NCBI GenBank assembly: GCA_963727805.1 | Contig: CAVSHF010000005.1 | Coordinates: 96,001-160,000 of the forward strand | From: an uncultured Nitrospiraceae bacterium | Lineage (GTDB): Bacteria; Nitrospirota; Thermodesulfovibrionia; Thermodesulfovibrionales; Dissulfurispiraceae | Reading direction: 5' to 3' | Length of the DNA stretch: 64,000 nt | In this document: positions 10,417 to 21,024 of the stretch, one piece after another | Layout of the letters: the number at the start of each line of letters is the position of its first letter | How positions within the stretch are numbered: position 1 is the first letter of the stretch | Program-made: the position numbers and the translations under genes | Notes under the pieces: generated by a model | The model's database searches: none | Told to the model about the DNA's origin: nothing | The model's input: the letters and a program-made list of their open reading frames with translations, nothing else

Positions 10417-11157
10417 TCAGTCAGCGTAACTTTCAACTCCTCTGAAAAAATCCCTGACTTCCTTCATCTTTCCGCAAGAATATTTTCCCTCCGGACACTT
10501 TCCTTTCAGACAATCCGGTCCGGCCTTGCAGAATATTGTCGGAGCGATTCTTTTAACGACCTTGAGCATCTCTATCGCCATGGCCCTAATCTCCCACTGT
10601 GCTCTGTTGCAGCACCTCTGTCTGAAGAAGTGGATAAGTTCCCTCGCATTCATCGTCAAGATTATCTTCGTTTCACAAGCATTAGGAAGGATAAACCGGG
10701 CGTCCTGATTGGCCTCTTCATCTTTCAGACCTTGCTCCTTCAGTCTCTTGACCAGGTGGTTGTAAGCCTCCTGGGCCTTACCCATAAACTCCTCGAAATA
10801 GAGCGCAAGCTCATGGTCTTTTTTCATGGAAGGAGGAAGCACATAATCGAAGCCGGATTCCTCGCTCACGTACCTCTGGCTCTGTTGGGAATATGAGGCA
10901 AGTCTGTGTCTCACAAGCTGGTGTGAACACGCACGAGATATTCCCTCTACGGCAAAGGTAAAAGAAGCATGCTCGATGGGCGACATGTGACCCATCTCCA
11001 TAAGCTTTTCAACGAATTTCTTCTGATCCTTTGCAGCTATCTTTTCTTTCAGTGCTTCGATGTGCGAAGGGCTGTAGCAAAGTTTTGCAGCCATAGCAAC
11101 CGTCGCTTCAGGGTCAGGCGTGTGCTTCAGTAAGATAACTTTTAATTTTGATTCCAT
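10417..11157 (-). CDS. thyX: FAD-dependent thymidylate synthase
   Basis: GHMSPIEH, HQLVRHRLASYSQQSQRY signature, RAQWEIR. Confidence 0.97.
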   Translation of the reverse strand: MESKLKVILLKHTPDPEATVAMAAKLCYSPSHIEALKEKIAAKDQKKFVEKLMEMGHMSPIEHASFTFAVEGISRACSHQLVRHRLASYSQQSQRYVSEESGFDYVLPPSMKKDHELALYFEEFMGKAQEAYNHLVKRLKEQGLKDEEANQDARFILPNACETKIILTMNARELIHFFRQRCCNRAQWEIRAMAIEMLKVVKRIAPTIFCKAGPDCLKGKCPEGKYSCGKMKEVRDFFRGVESYAD

Positions 11158-11238
11158 GTGAAAATCCCTCTCGCGTTGTAATGTGTCTCATGCAAATTAT
11201 TCACCTTATTATAAACGCCCTGTTTCATTTGTGATTGG

Positions 11239-12072
11239 TTATCTTTGGCCTTTCATCGTTCGTATCCGGGCAAAATCTTCCTGGTACCCATAGATGTGAG
11301 CCCCGGCAGAGTAAGCATACATATAGCCGGATTTCAATCCTGCCTCCTGGGCGACAAGCTGCTTGAACAGTTCAAGACCGGCGAGATTTGAAGGGAAGCC
11401 AGCCCATAGGTCCCAACTTCTGAAATATACTGTTTCCGTAAGAATGTTCTCAACTGGATTACAAGGTGCATCGTTATCTCCGAACACCCTCCCGCATGAA
11501 CAAACCTTACCGATACCCGCTTTATGCACCCACTGGTGACGAACCGGGATTACTTTGAAGTCGATAAGGCGCAAACAGGGAGGATCCAACTTTTGATCTT
11601 TCCCATAGCACAAATCATGGTCTTGCGGGGATCCAACCTCGATCACCGCCTGATTCGTATAAGGTGATTTTCTAAGCATTGCTACTACCCTGTCGAATTG
11701 TGTGCCGAGTGGAGGTATTCCCATATCGACGTTACCAGGCATGGGGTTATGGATCCTACTCGAGTAGCGGTACGTCTCGTTTTCGGACACTGTTGGGTCC
11801 ATTATGTAATCTGCAAAGTAGCTTTCGACGTATTCCATCGAGGTCGGTGACGGTATCCCAAGCGTAGGAGGAATTATCGGAATCATGTCAAGATTAGGAT
11901 GCTCAATGAATACTGCAATCCCCGGATATTGCAATCGGTATTGCTCATTCTCGAAGGAGCCGGCCTGAATGTTCTGCGTATAACAATTATCAAAAATATT
12001 CCAGATCAATTGAAACCATGCGTCCGAAATGGTCTTGGCATTTATTGATACGATCGGGGCCGAATTATTCAT
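11239..12072 (-). CDS. ThyA-fold thymidylate synthase-like protein (archaeal-like type)
   Basis: Y-x-Y-x-x-R, PPCL catalytic Cys, FRSWDL...N, HIY. Confidence 0.85.
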   Translation of the reverse strand: MNNSAPIVSINAKTISDAWFQLIWNIFDNCYTQNIQAGSFENEQYRLQYPGIAVFIEHPNLDMIPIIPPTLGIPSPTSMEYVESYFADYIMDPTVSENETYRYSSRIHNPMPGNVDMGIPPLGTQFDRVVAMLRKSPYTNQAVIEVGSPQDHDLCYGKDQKLDPPCLRLIDFKVIPVRHQWVHKAGIGKVCSCGRVFGDNDAPCNPVENILTETVYFRSWDLWAGFPSNLAGLELFKQLVAQEAGLKSGYMYAYSAGAHIYGYQEDFARIRTMKGQR

Positions 12073-12312
12073 GTTATTCCTCCGATAAGTCAGCTAAGGA
12101 AGCGATCACATTCCCTTAGTCTGAGTCAATCTTGAATCACCGCATCACGAGAGTCGACATGGAGCACCCCACTTATGAGACTCGTCTTTGCACCCCTATT
12201 TATCCAGCACTTCTCTCACTCTTCGCAACAGGTCGCTGCGGGCTGGCGGCTTGCTAGGCAAATTAATATTCCCTGTACGCAGAAGATCATCAACACCGCC
12301 CCTTTGAAAAGA

Positions 12313-13098
12313 TCACGGTTTACGGTCCAACACTTCCACTACCGCATCGACCATGAGTTGCACAGCCTTTTCCCCTTTCTCGCGCGAAGCTTTGCCCGGA
12401 TTGCCCCAGACACCCCCCTTCCAATACTTCATTTTGTCTTTCACGATGAAAGGCTTCGGTATCTGGGGATATTCCAGGGGCGCCCTTGCCTTGACCAGAT
12501 CAGGCGCCAAGTAGAGCATGATCGACGTTTCTATCTCTCCGGCGTGGGAATCGTTGGGTGTTTCGGCGAGTTCAGCAAGCTCCTTCCAGAGCAGATCATA
12601 GGGTGAAAAAACAGCGATCTGAATGCTCTTCAGCTCACCAACCAGCAATTCAGCGCTCTCCTTGAGGGCAGACATGTGAAGGCTGCCGCCGTGACCGGAG
12701 ATGAGAAGAAAGTTTCTGAGCCCTTTGCGATATGCGTCTTTGACAAGGTCTGCAGACAACCGTCTGAGCGTTGCCGGGGTAATGCCGATGGTACCCGGAT
12801 GATCTCCCGTTGTTGTACATACACCATAGTAGACAAGGGGGGCCAAAAAGAACTCCCTTGTTTTTGCTGCCTTTTTCAACACCTCCTGTATGATGAGCGC
12901 ATCGGTGTTCAGAGGCAAATGGCTTCCATGCTCTTCGATAGTACCAAAAGGGAAAACGATGGTCTTTGTCTGCTTCAAATACCGTTTGAACGCAGACATA
13001 GTGAGATATTGCATTTCAATCATATTCTTCTCCTCAGATGGTTTCCTCCATTTTACAGGGAGAAGACTATAAATGGAAATATGCGTCATCGAGGTCAA
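12313..13098 (-). CDS. Creatininase-family amidohydrolase
   Basis: GTIEEHGSHLPLNTD, GHGG, HAGEIETS. Confidence 0.92.
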   Translation of the reverse strand: MTSMTHISIYSLLPVKWRKPSEEKNMIEMQYLTMSAFKRYLKQTKTIVFPFGTIEEHGSHLPLNTDALIIQEVLKKAAKTREFFLAPLVYYGVCTTTGDHPGTIGITPATLRRLSADLVKDAYRKGLRNFLLISGHGGSLHMSALKESAELLVGELKSIQIAVFSPYDLLWKELAELAETPNDSHAGEIETSIMLYLAPDLVKARAPLEYPQIPKPFIVKDKMKYWKGGVWGNPGKASREKGEKAVQLMVDAVVEVLDRKP

Positions 13099-13180
13099 AC
13101 AATAACATTACTTGATAACAAAGCCATCGTTCATTCGCAAAATTTGATATAATGATGGAAAGTGCAATGGTGAATAACTT

Positions 13181-14536
13181 ATGTTAACTTTAGACCATAT
13201 AGTAGAGCGCATCGAAAAGAAGAAAGCTGACTATCAGCACTATAACTTTTCGGACACAGAAAACAGTGCCCTCAAGACATTCTTCGATCTCGCACAGGAA
13301 TTTGACTCGCTTGATGCCTTTTATCTGCTCTCCGTGGCTATCCCGAAAAGCTTCTACGGCCTGAACGCTCGGCTATATATCATCAGTCCTAAGACCAATG
13401 CTCTTTCCCTTGCCGCAACTACCGTTGAAAACGATGTCCCTCTGCATACGCCTCTTCCGGTGCATATGCAACCCGGTGATAACCCGTTCATCACCGGGGA
13501 ATATGTTCTTACTCTGACCATCAGGGGTAAGAGGTCTCTTATAGACCAGCTCCCCTTCAAGACAAGCAGGAATGTCATAGGCTTACTTGAGATTTTCCCC
13601 TTCAAGGACAAGACCGTCAGTGAAGAGTTCTTTTTCGAGAAATATGCCAACCGGGTGGGATATAACGTCCACAACCGCTTTATCGCGCAAAAGAATATCG
13701 AACATCTCAAGTTTATCCGCTCTCTCGTTGCCGATATTGAGCATAACATCATCGTGCCGAATATCATCTACAAGCTCTATCTTAGAAATCTGAAAAATAA
13801 TATTAATAAGAATATCGTCATCGAACAGATTTTGAGGGATTGCCTAAAAGAGATGCGCATTGAAGACCCAGTCATGATTAGCACCCTCTCTGAACTCATG
13901 GACGTAAACCGGGGTCTGGTGGGCGAATACGATAATATAGAAAAGCATTACAAGAACATGAGCCTATTTCTGGAAACACTGCTCAGGAGGAGCCATTTCG
14001 ATCAGGGCAGGCTTACGCTTCGGACCAGACAGTGCAATATCAACAAGGAGATCGTACAGCCCCAGCTTGAGCGCTTTATCGAGAGGTTTCAGGAGATGGA
14101 AATTGAGATCAACGACCGTTTCAGCGGTATCCCCGACGAAGATGTCATCAGCGTCGTGGATATAGGCCTGATGTCTCAGGTCTATGCAAACCTTTTCTCT
14201 AATGCACTTAAATATACTCAGGAAGTAGTGACCTATACAGGGGAGACCAAAAAGTACATGTCATACGGCAGGCAGCTTATCCCTAATTTCTTCGGGGAAG
14301 GTCGGGATGGAATCAAATATAACGTCTTTACCACCGGCCCGCATATACCACCCGGAGAAAAAGAGAAGATATTTGAAGACGAGTACCGCGGCTCAAACGC
14401 GGAGTTGAAACCAGGGACAGGCCATGGACTCTCATTCTTAAAGAACGTTATAGAGATTCACGGCGGAGTGGTGGGCTACGAGGAAACTCATAACGGAAAC
14501 AACTTCTATTTCATCCTACCAAAATCAACGAAGTAG
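13181..14536 (+). CDS. Sensor histidine kinase (HATPase_c), atypical H-box
   Basis: NLFSNALKY (N box), TGPHIP, GTGHGL (G2 box). Confidence 0.8.
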   Translation: MLTLDHIVERIEKKKADYQHYNFSDTENSALKTFFDLAQEFDSLDAFYLLSVAIPKSFYGLNARLYIISPKTNALSLAATTVENDVPLHTPLPVHMQPGDNPFITGEYVLTLTIRGKRSLIDQLPFKTSRNVIGLLEIFPFKDKTVSEEFFFEKYANRVGYNVHNRFIAQKNIEHLKFIRSLVADIEHNIIVPNIIYKLYLRNLKNNINKNIVIEQILRDCLKEMRIEDPVMISTLSELMDVNRGLVGEYDNIEKHYKNMSLFLETLLRRSHFDQGRLTLRTRQCNINKEIVQPQLERFIERFQEMEIEINDRFSGIPDEDVISVVDIGLMSQVYANLFSNALKYTQEVVTYTGETKKYMSYGRQLIPNFFGEGRDGIKYNVFTTGPHIPPGEKEKIFEDEYRGSNAELKPGTGHGLSFLKNVIEIHGGVVGYEETHNGNNFYFILPKSTK

Positions 14537-14559
14537 CGATAAGGCCACCCTACGTACTG

Positions 14560-15744
14560 CTATTGCCGATGCTTGCGCGCTAACTCATCGAGAGCTGATT
14601 CGAGCTTAGTCGACTCTTCTACAATGATTCGAACATATTGCCACTCGTCGGAAGCGGGATCAAGCGTTTTTTCCAGTTTTCTTGCGAAACCGCCTATCGA
14701 GGTGAGGGGATTTCTTATTTCGTGGACAACAGCCTGAACGGCTTCATTGACCGGAGTGTGCTTTGCGCTAAGCCCGGCAAAAGTGGGCAGTGCAAATTTC
14801 GAATCTGCCTCATTCATCTGGATCATTCTTTCGGAGAGCACGCTTAAGGCCTTATTGGCCTTCTCCATGAGACCTAAAAGGTCCTGCTTTCTGTTCATCT
14901 CGATCTTGAGACTGGCAGCAATTTCCTGCACTTCATCGAAAGTAGACACAAGGATATCGGCCAGAATGTCGTGGTCAAGCTGGTAGGCCGTTTCTGCTTT
15001 GTCGAATAAGGGTTGCCATTCCATCGATTTCTCACAGATAAGCGCGGAAAATTCCCTTGCCATGTTGCAGACAGAAACAAGTTCAGGGGCACCCGATTTT
15101 TTAGGTTCAATGAAGTAATGACTTTGGCAGTCGATTATTGACTGAGGGAATTTCCAGTATCTGAGTGTGGCTTCTCCAATCTGACGGTGATTTATGCCGT
15201 AACGTTCCTCTTCCCAGTGGAGGAGCGGGACAAGCGGCTGCAACTTTATACTATCCACCTCACGATCCTTCTTTATATACAGGTCGAAAAAAATTGGGAG
15301 CCCGATTTCAAGGATAAGTCCCCCCACAAAAGCTTCATCCGGTTTGCAGGTCCCAAGCCTTTCGGCGAAGGATTTAGCCAATAAGGCCTGATATAGGGAA
15401 ATCTTCCAGAATTCCTCGTAATCGAGCGCCCCGACACGACCCATTGGGAAGGTATCCCTCAGTGATAGCGAAAGGGCCATGATTCTCAACCGATTCAGTC
15501 CAACCATCTGGATGGCCTGGCCGATGGTGGTGATAGGACTGCCGGTCCGAAAAAAAGCGCTGTTGGCCAGCCTGAGAAGGCGTATAGCAAGAGAAGGATC
15601 TTTTTCGATCACCGAGGAAAGGTCAGCAACGGAGATGTCATCAATGGAAGCCAGTCTTATGAGCTTCATTGCAATAGGAGACATAGCCGGCAGGGAGTAT
15701 CCGGAGGTTATTTTATCAAGGATTTCAGCCTGTTGTTTCTCCAT
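14560..15744 (-). CDS. HDOD domain protein with C-terminal HisKA-like helix pair
   Basis: DPSLAIRLLRLANSAFF (HDOD); HEIRNPLTSIGG (HisKA); no HATPase domain. Confidence 0.88.
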   Translation of the reverse strand: MEKQQAEILDKITSGYSLPAMSPIAMKLIRLASIDDISVADLSSVIEKDPSLAIRLLRLANSAFFRTGSPITTIGQAIQMVGLNRLRIMALSLSLRDTFPMGRVGALDYEEFWKISLYQALLAKSFAERLGTCKPDEAFVGGLILEIGLPIFFDLYIKKDREVDSIKLQPLVPLLHWEEERYGINHRQIGEATLRYWKFPQSIIDCQSHYFIEPKKSGAPELVSVCNMAREFSALICEKSMEWQPLFDKAETAYQLDHDILADILVSTFDEVQEIAASLKIEMNRKQDLLGLMEKANKALSVLSERMIQMNEADSKFALPTFAGLSAKHTPVNEAVQAVVHEIRNPLTSIGGFARKLEKTLDPASDEWQYVRIIVEESTKLESALDELARKHRQ

Positions 15745-15774
15745 ACTTCAAATTAACAGAAACGGCAGTCTCTG

Positions 15775-16230
15775 TCAATGTGTACGACTGCCGAAGGCTG
15801 CTGTAAAGAAAAGTAAAGCTATCCCGACTGTCAGAGCTGAGTCAGCAATATTGAAAGCGGGCCAGTGGTATTTCCCGACATATACGTCGAGGAAATCTAT
15901 GACATGCCCGTAAAAAAGCCTGTCGAGCAGATTCCCGGCTGCGCCACCCAGCAGAAGTGAGTACGCGATCCTGTTACTCACATCCTTGACCACAAGAACC
16001 GAAAGTACAATGATTGCAACCATAGAAACAACGATGAAAAAGGTGCTGCCGAGCGCCTTGAACATCCCGAAGGCAGAGCCTGTATTTTCAGTATAGACGA
16101 TATTAAAGAAGGGCAAAACACGGATAATATCAAAGGGGCCAATAAACGTTTTGATATAATACTTGGTCGCATAATCGAGGGCAAGGATGATCAGGGATAG
16201 ACAGAAAAAAGAAACAAGCTTTTTTTTCAT
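15775..16230 (-). CDS. lspA: Lipoprotein signal peptidase II
   Basis: NTGSAFG, GNLLDR, VIDF, FNIAD. Confidence 0.97.
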   Translation of the reverse strand: MKKKLVSFFCLSLIILALDYATKYYIKTFIGPFDIIRVLPFFNIVYTENTGSAFGMFKALGSTFFIVVSMVAIIVLSVLVVKDVSNRIAYSLLLGGAAGNLLDRLFYGHVIDFLDVYVGKYHWPAFNIADSALTVGIALLFFTAAFGSRTH

Positions 16231-19043
16231 TTGAGTACGTTATGGCACCTTTCGCAGATGCCGGGACGGTCGCTGAAAGAGCCGACTAGTGGGCTACGGT
16301 TCCAGCAGCGCTCACACTTGTCCCCAGGGGCTTTCCCGACTTTGATGAAGAGCCCCTTGACCTCTGGACTTTCATAGGCATCGGCTATCATCGCTACTTT
16401 GGGTTGTATTTCGACCTTCGAGACTATGAAGAGGGCCGGTAAAAAGTCCTGGTATTCAGAGAGCAGTATGAAATCCTCCTGCTCAAGAAAAAAAGTAAGC
16501 TCAGCCTCGAGGGCGTTGCCCAAGAACTTATCCTTTCTCTTTATCTCCAAGGCCTTATTTGCCTCGTCCCTTATCTTGATAAGCCTCTCCCACTTCCCTT
16601 CGAGGGCGGTGTCAATGTACTTTTCTTCAGCTTCGGGGAATCCAGCCAAGAATATGCTTTCAGCCTTTGCTTCAGATTCCTGACTGCCGACTCCTGACTT
16701 CTCTTTATCCGGCAGGTATTTCCAGATCTCCTCGGCTGTGAAAGAAAGTATAGGAGCAATAAGCCGCGCCATATCGGAAACTATCCGATACAACACCCAC
16801 TGAGCCGCACGTCTCTCTAGAGAATCAGTCTTGAAGGTATAGAGTCGGTCTTTCAGGATATCGAGGTAGAAGGAGCTCATATCAACGACACAGAAGTTGT
16901 AGACGGAATGAAAGATCTCATGAAAATCGAATCGTTCATAGGCGGCCGTGGTCCTCTTGATCAGGCCATTGAGCCTCGACATCGCCCAGCGATCTATCTC
17001 AAGAAGTCTCACGCTATAATCCTTTCCGTCAAAATCAGATATATTTCCGAGAAGAAACCGCCCTGTATTCCTGATCTTTCGGTATGCCTCGGTAAGCCTG
17101 CTGATGATCTCCTTTGAAAGCTTGATATCGTCACGATAATCTTCTGCAGACACCCACAGCCTGATAATCTCAGCCCCATTGGCTTTAATAACTTCCTGAG
17201 GAGCAATGACGTTGCCGAGGGATTTGGACATTTTTTTCCCCTGCCCATCAACAGTAAACCCATGAGTAAGGACTGTTTCATATGGGGCTTTCCCCCTCGT
17301 TCCGACGGAGGTGAGCAGTGAACTCTGAAACCATCCCCGGTGCTGGTCGCTACCCTCGAGATAAAGTGCCGCAGGCCACGACAACCTCTCGTCTCGTTCG
17401 AGAACCGCCGCGTGGCTCACCCCGGAATCGAACCATACATCGAGGATGTCCATCTCTTTCTTGAGCGAAAAGCCTCCGCATTTAGCGCAGGCCCGACCCT
17501 CACCAAGAAAATCCTTGACCTCCATCTCGAACCAGATGTCGGCACCTTTCTGCTCCGTAAGCGCTACGATCTTATCGAAGAGCGCATCGTCCCGGATAAA
17601 TTCTCCGCAGTCGGCGCAGGAAATGAGCATGATGGGCACTCCCCACGACCTCTGGCGCGATATGCACCAGTCAGGCCTACCGGCAACCATGCCCTGTATC
17701 CTCTCCCTGCCCCAAGCAGGTACCCAAGACACCCTTTCGATCTCTTCCAGCGCCTTTTCTCTGAGGCCACCGTCGTCCATGGAGATAAACCACTGGGCCG
17801 TAGCCCTGAAGATCACCGGCTTCTTGCACCTCCAGCAATGGGGATAGGAATGCCTGATCTTTTCAACCTTGACAAGAGCGCCCTTCTCTTTCAGCAGTTC
17901 GATTATACCCTCATTAGCCTTGAACACGAACTGTCCCTCGAACTCTGGGACGAGTCTCGTGAATTTCCCGTGATCGTCGACGGGTGCGTAGATATCGAGA
18001 CCGTATTTCAGTCCCACCTCATAGTCATCCTCACCGTGCCCGGGTGCTATATGGACAATACCGCTACCTTCTCCCACGGTTACGAAATCGCCGGGGATGA
18101 CTATTGACTCCCGGTCAATGAAGGGATGCCTTGCCCTCAAGCCTTGGAGTGCACTTCCCACCATCTCGGCGACGACCTGTCCACTAATATCAAGCTTTTC
18201 CCTAAGGCCTTCAAGGTTCTCCTTTGCTACTATGAGATATTCGCCATCCTTTTCAACAGCCGTGTAATCCAGTTCCGGATGTACTGCAAGAGCAAGGTTT
18301 GCCGGCAAAGTCCAAGGGGTCGTAGTCCAGATGAGAATCGAGACACTCTTGCCTGCGAGTTTCCCAATAAATTTTACAACATCTTCATCAAGCACCCTGA
18401 ATTTGACGAAGACCGAAGGAGACTCCTTGTCGTTATACTCGACTTCTGCCTCAGCAAGAGCGGTGACGCACGAAGAACACCAGTGCACCGGCTTTTTCCC
18501 TTTGTACACCATGCCATTGTTCACAAATCTGAAGAATTCCCTTACAATCGATGATTCGTACCCATGGGACAGCGTCAGATATGGCTTCATCCAGTCGCCG
18601 AACACACCAAGTCTCATGAATTCATCTCTCTGAATACCGACGAATCTTTCCGCATATTCGCGGCAAAGTTGACGCTTCTCAAAAACGCTCACATTGTCCT
18701 TTTTCTGTCCAAGGTTCTTGTCCACCTGGAGTTCTATCGGCAGACCATGGCAGTCCCATCCCGGTACGTAAGGCGAATAGTAGCCCTGCATCGACCGGTA
18801 TTTTACGATGATGTCCTTAAGGATTTTGTTCAGGGCGTGACCGATATGGATGTTGCCGTTCGCATAGGGTGGACCATCATGGAGTATATAGCGCTTGTCG
18901 CCTCTGTTCTTCTCCTGAAGACGGTCATAGACCTTCGTTTCTTCCCAGAACTTAAGCATCTCTGGCTCTTTTTGACCGAGGTTCGCCTTCATCGGGAAGT
19001 CCGTTTGTGGTAAATTAAGGGTATCTTTATAATCTATTGCCAT
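16227..19043 (-). CDS. ileS: Isoleucine-tRNA ligase
   Basis: HDGPPYANG..HIGH, KMSKS, C-terminal Zn finger; start refined to MAIDYKDTL (19043). Confidence 0.98.
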   Translation of the reverse strand: MAIDYKDTLNLPQTDFPMKANLGQKEPEMLKFWEETKVYDRLQEKNRGDKRYILHDGPPYANGNIHIGHALNKILKDIIVKYRSMQGYYSPYVPGWDCHGLPIELQVDKNLGQKKDNVSVFEKRQLCREYAERFVGIQRDEFMRLGVFGDWMKPYLTLSHGYESSIVREFFRFVNNGMVYKGKKPVHWCSSCVTALAEAEVEYNDKESPSVFVKFRVLDEDVVKFIGKLAGKSVSILIWTTTPWTLPANLALAVHPELDYTAVEKDGEYLIVAKENLEGLREKLDISGQVVAEMVGSALQGLRARHPFIDRESIVIPGDFVTVGEGSGIVHIAPGHGEDDYEVGLKYGLDIYAPVDDHGKFTRLVPEFEGQFVFKANEGIIELLKEKGALVKVEKIRHSYPHCWRCKKPVIFRATAQWFISMDDGGLREKALEEIERVSWVPAWGRERIQGMVAGRPDWCISRQRSWGVPIMLISCADCGEFIRDDALFDKIVALTEQKGADIWFEMEVKDFLGEGRACAKCGGFSLKKEMDILDVWFDSGVSHAAVLERDERLSWPAALYLEGSDQHRGWFQSSLLTSVGTRGKAPYETVLTHGFTVDGQGKKMSKSLGNVIAPQEVIKANGAEIIRLWVSAEDYRDDIKLSKEIISRLTEAYRKIRNTGRFLLGNISDFDGKDYSVRLLEIDRWAMSRLNGLIKRTTAAYERFDFHEIFHSVYNFCVVDMSSFYLDILKDRLYTFKTDSLERRAAQWVLYRIVSDMARLIAPILSFTAEEIWKYLPDKEKSGVGSQESEAKAESIFLAGFPEAEEKYIDTALEGKWERLIKIRDEANKALEIKRKDKFLGNALEAELTFFLEQEDFILLSEYQDFLPALFIVSKVEIQPKVAMIADAYESPEVKGLFIKVGKAPGDKCERCWNRSPLVGSFSDRPGICERCHNVLK

Positions 19044-19098
19044 AGAAGAAAAAATTAACACTAAAAGCTTTCTCAAGTCAAGAAAGTCACGAAAAAGT

Positions 19099-19983
19099 AT
19101 GGTCAAAAAAGACAAATTAACAACTCAATCGCCCAGACGACTTGGGATTCATACCTCTATTGCGGGAGGCGCTCACCTATCACTCGAGCGGGCCAAAGAC
19201 CTTGGTTGCAACACGATGCAGATATTTTCCCATAACCCCAGGCAATGGGCGGTCTTCGATATCCCAGTTGAATCAGCGGCAGCATTCAGGAAATTGCGGA
19301 GGACCTATAATGTACAACCTGTCTTTATCCATACCTCCTACCTCATTAATCTGGCTGCCGGGGAGCCAGGCATCTTAAACAAATCGATTGAACTCTTAAA
19401 GCGGGAGCTTGACCTCGCCGATATCCTGGAGGCGGAGTATGTCATTGTCCATACGGGAAGCGCTTCAGGAGACAGTGCCATAGAGGCGCGGCGGAGGGCT
19501 GTTGAAGCCCTCAGAATAATTAGCGGGGAGCAAAGATGGAAAGCGGGGATTCTCCTCGAAAATACAGCAGGTGAAAGAGGTGACATCACCTCTCGGATAA
19601 CCGACCTCGCTGAAATCATCGAAAAGGCCCGGAGCCCCCTTATAGCCGGCATTACCGTGGACACCTGTCATGCCTTTGCTGCTGGCTACGATATTCAGCA
19701 TACTGAGGGATTATCTGCACTCATCGATGAAACTCAATCGCGTATTGGACTTAACAAAGTGAAACTTATTCACTTGAATGATGCAAAAAAAGGCCTCAAC
19801 TCAAGGGTCGATAGACATTGGCACATCGGACAGGGAGAGATCGGCCTTAAAGGTCTTCGCGAATTCATCAACCATCCCGCGTTCGAAAATGTCCCACTCA
19901 TTCTCGAAACGCCCAAGAAGAGCGAAGAAGATGACCCGAGGAATCTAAATATCGCAAGAAGACTTCTCAAAATTAAACCATAA
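19099..19983 (+). CDS. nfo: Endonuclease IV
   Basis: GIHTSIAGG, HTSYLINL, LENTAG, DTCH, HLND, DRH, ILETP. Confidence 0.96.
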   Translation: MVKKDKLTTQSPRRLGIHTSIAGGAHLSLERAKDLGCNTMQIFSHNPRQWAVFDIPVESAAAFRKLRRTYNVQPVFIHTSYLINLAAGEPGILNKSIELLKRELDLADILEAEYVIVHTGSASGDSAIEARRRAVEALRIISGEQRWKAGILLENTAGERGDITSRITDLAEIIEKARSPLIAGITVDTCHAFAAGYDIQHTEGLSALIDETQSRIGLNKVKLIHLNDAKKGLNSRVDRHWHIGQGEIGLKGLREFINHPAFENVPLILETPKKSEEDDPRNLNIARRLLKIKP

Positions 19984-20189
19984 CGGCAGCTGTATTTTGA
20001 AAGTATCTTCAATTGTATGTTGTTGTCTGCCGTGTGCTCATATGGGCAGCGGTTGCCCATGCTGCGGATGATTTGTGCATGAATGCGGAAGCTCTACTCC
20101 TGCCGCATTCCGATTACTTTACATACCTGCAAAAAGGGGCTATTATTGTATTCAACAAGCTGCATCAGCTAAATTTTAGGAGAAAGATC

Positions 20190-20759
20190 ATGAATGAAGT
20201 GATTGAGGTCATAAAAAAAAGGCGGTCCGTTCGGTCATATGATGATAGGCCTGTCCCCAAATCCATTATGAACGCAATAATAGAGGCCGGCAATGAAGCG
20301 CCCTCTGCCATGAACAGCCAACCCTGGCGATTTGTCGTAGTGGAAAATCAGGATACCAAGCTGAAACTCCTGCATGCCGCAAAACCGAATGCTAATAAGA
20401 TCATCGACATGATTAAAGATGTCGACCCCGAAAGATATGAGGCGATCAAGCAGCGTTTTGCCCAATTGCCTGATCCTGTGTACTACTCTGCTCCGGCGGT
20501 TGTCTTTGTAATAGGTTCCGGGCGGTATGCAAGTCACTCATGCCCCTTAGCTTGCGAGAATATGATGCTTGCCGCTTATTCGTTGGGACTCGGAAGCTGC
20601 TGGGTCGGATTCGGAGCCATGGTAACCGATGATGCAGGAGTGAGATCAATCCTTGAATTAAAAGAAGATGAAACTATTTTCGGGCCTTTGCTTATCGGGT
20701 ATCCCAAGGAGCATCCGGACAGACCGATTAAAAAAGAACCGCAGATAAAGTGGCTTTGA
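20190..20759 (+). CDS. Nitroreductase family protein
   Basis: RRSVRSY, APSAMNSQPW, GLGSCWVG; start refined to ATG 20190 after AGGAGA. Confidence 0.92.
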   Translation: MNEVIEVIKKRRSVRSYDDRPVPKSIMNAIIEAGNEAPSAMNSQPWRFVVVENQDTKLKLLHAAKPNANKIIDMIKDVDPERYEAIKQRFAQLPDPVYYSAPAVVFVIGSGRYASHSCPLACENMMLAAYSLGLGSCWVGFGAMVTDDAGVRSILELKEDETIFGPLLIGYPKEHPDRPIKKEPQIKWL

Positions 20760-21024
20760 TCCCCCACTTAAGCCGTGTCTGAGATCTGTAATCCGAAGAG
20801 GGGAAAATAGTAGTATCAGACATAAGCAATCGCCATAAAAAAGATGATTAGATTATGTCCGGTATTATCATACATGTCTGCGGGGGAAAAAGCATATTCC
20901 GAAGATGATTCGAAGTTCTTTAAAGACATCAAATCCAGCGATGGAACCTTGATGGATTGCCTTGAGAAAAGGCAAAGAAGTCCCTGCGATGCGCATTCGA
21001 TATTCAATGCATTATGATAAAGAG

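Noticed and set aside
12073..12312. Possible riboswitch upstream of the ThyA-like gene
   Set aside because: Only one hairpin near the RBS; no THF or ZTP consensus recognisable
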